A stretch of 64,000 bases of DNA, from NCBI GenBank assembly GCA_964035545.1, contig OZ037768.1, forward strand, positions 6,232,741 to 6,296,740, given 5' to 3'. This document shows positions 63,524 through 64,000 of the stretch, piece by piece (positions within the stretch are counted from its first letter, which is position 1; each line of letters opens with the position of its first letter). This DNA comes from Bugula neritina (taxonomy: Eukaryota; Animalia; Bryozoa). The notes under the pieces are model-generated. The model saw nothing but the letters and a program-made list of their open reading frames with translations. It made no database searches and had not been told where the DNA came from. The position numbers and the translations under genes are program-made.

Positions 63524-64000
63524 GTAAGTTTTAAATAGTGTATGCTGCATATTAGATAGCCTATTGCTGATAATGTTTTCCAAAATATATGCTGCTGGGT
63601 TCATAATGATGTGGTAGTTATTGCATATTGGGAAACAAACCTGTTATTACAAATTTTTCACAAACGTTTTACAGATTGCATGAGTTTCTAACGTTTATCT
63701 CCTCAATTTAGTAACGGTTAATATGATAAAGTATAGTTGTTTGTCTCGAATCTGTTGCCTTCACTCCTCAAGATTAGAACTACACGTGTAGAATATTACA
63801 GTCTTTATCACCCCATAAATGGCTGCTACTGTGAGTAGACAAATCAGCACAAAATGTTGTTATGGTGCCGAGGGTAAAGTAAATCAAGCAACACTAACTC
63901 ATATATGAAGTTCCTGTTCACACCCTGACTACTCTCTACTGATGCATAGTTAATTTAATAAAGGAAATATATTATACTCATTAAAAGTTTGAATTAAAAA

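Noticed and set aside
1-64000. CRISPR arrays or prokaryotic defence systems
   Set aside because: The DNA is spliceosomal-intron-rich and eukaryotic; the repeats lack unique spacers.

Overview
AT-rich, intron-containing invertebrate animal DNA (innexin present; lophotrochozoan-like by inference only). Hand-spliced gene order: innexin 5' end (-), C6orf62 homolog (-), vesicular monoamine transporter VMAT/SLC18A (+, with a degenerate tRNA-Thr-like element in an intron), importin beta-1 KPNB1 (+, whose introns hold three U19/SNORA74-like H/ACA snoRNAs, two of them a recent duplicate, plus other snoRNA candidates), TPPP/p25alpha (-), U1 snRNA (-), a hemopexin-type matrix metalloproteinase (-), AP1AR/gadkin (+), an uncharacterised EF-hand protein (-) and the 5' end of an AAK1/BMP2K kinase (+). 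The standout is a complete 6-exon gene nested on the same strand inside an intron that splits the MMP catalytic domain. It encodes a 365-aa secreted protein with the clusterin 5+5 cysteine spacing and a clusterin-like C-terminus. Its middle is Gly-rich amphipathic 11-mer repeats ending in a G-K-R amidation/cleavage site. The host MMP seems to lack the PRCGxPD cysteine switch. All homology calls come from recalled reference sequences, not from searches; exon coordinates were derived by hand.
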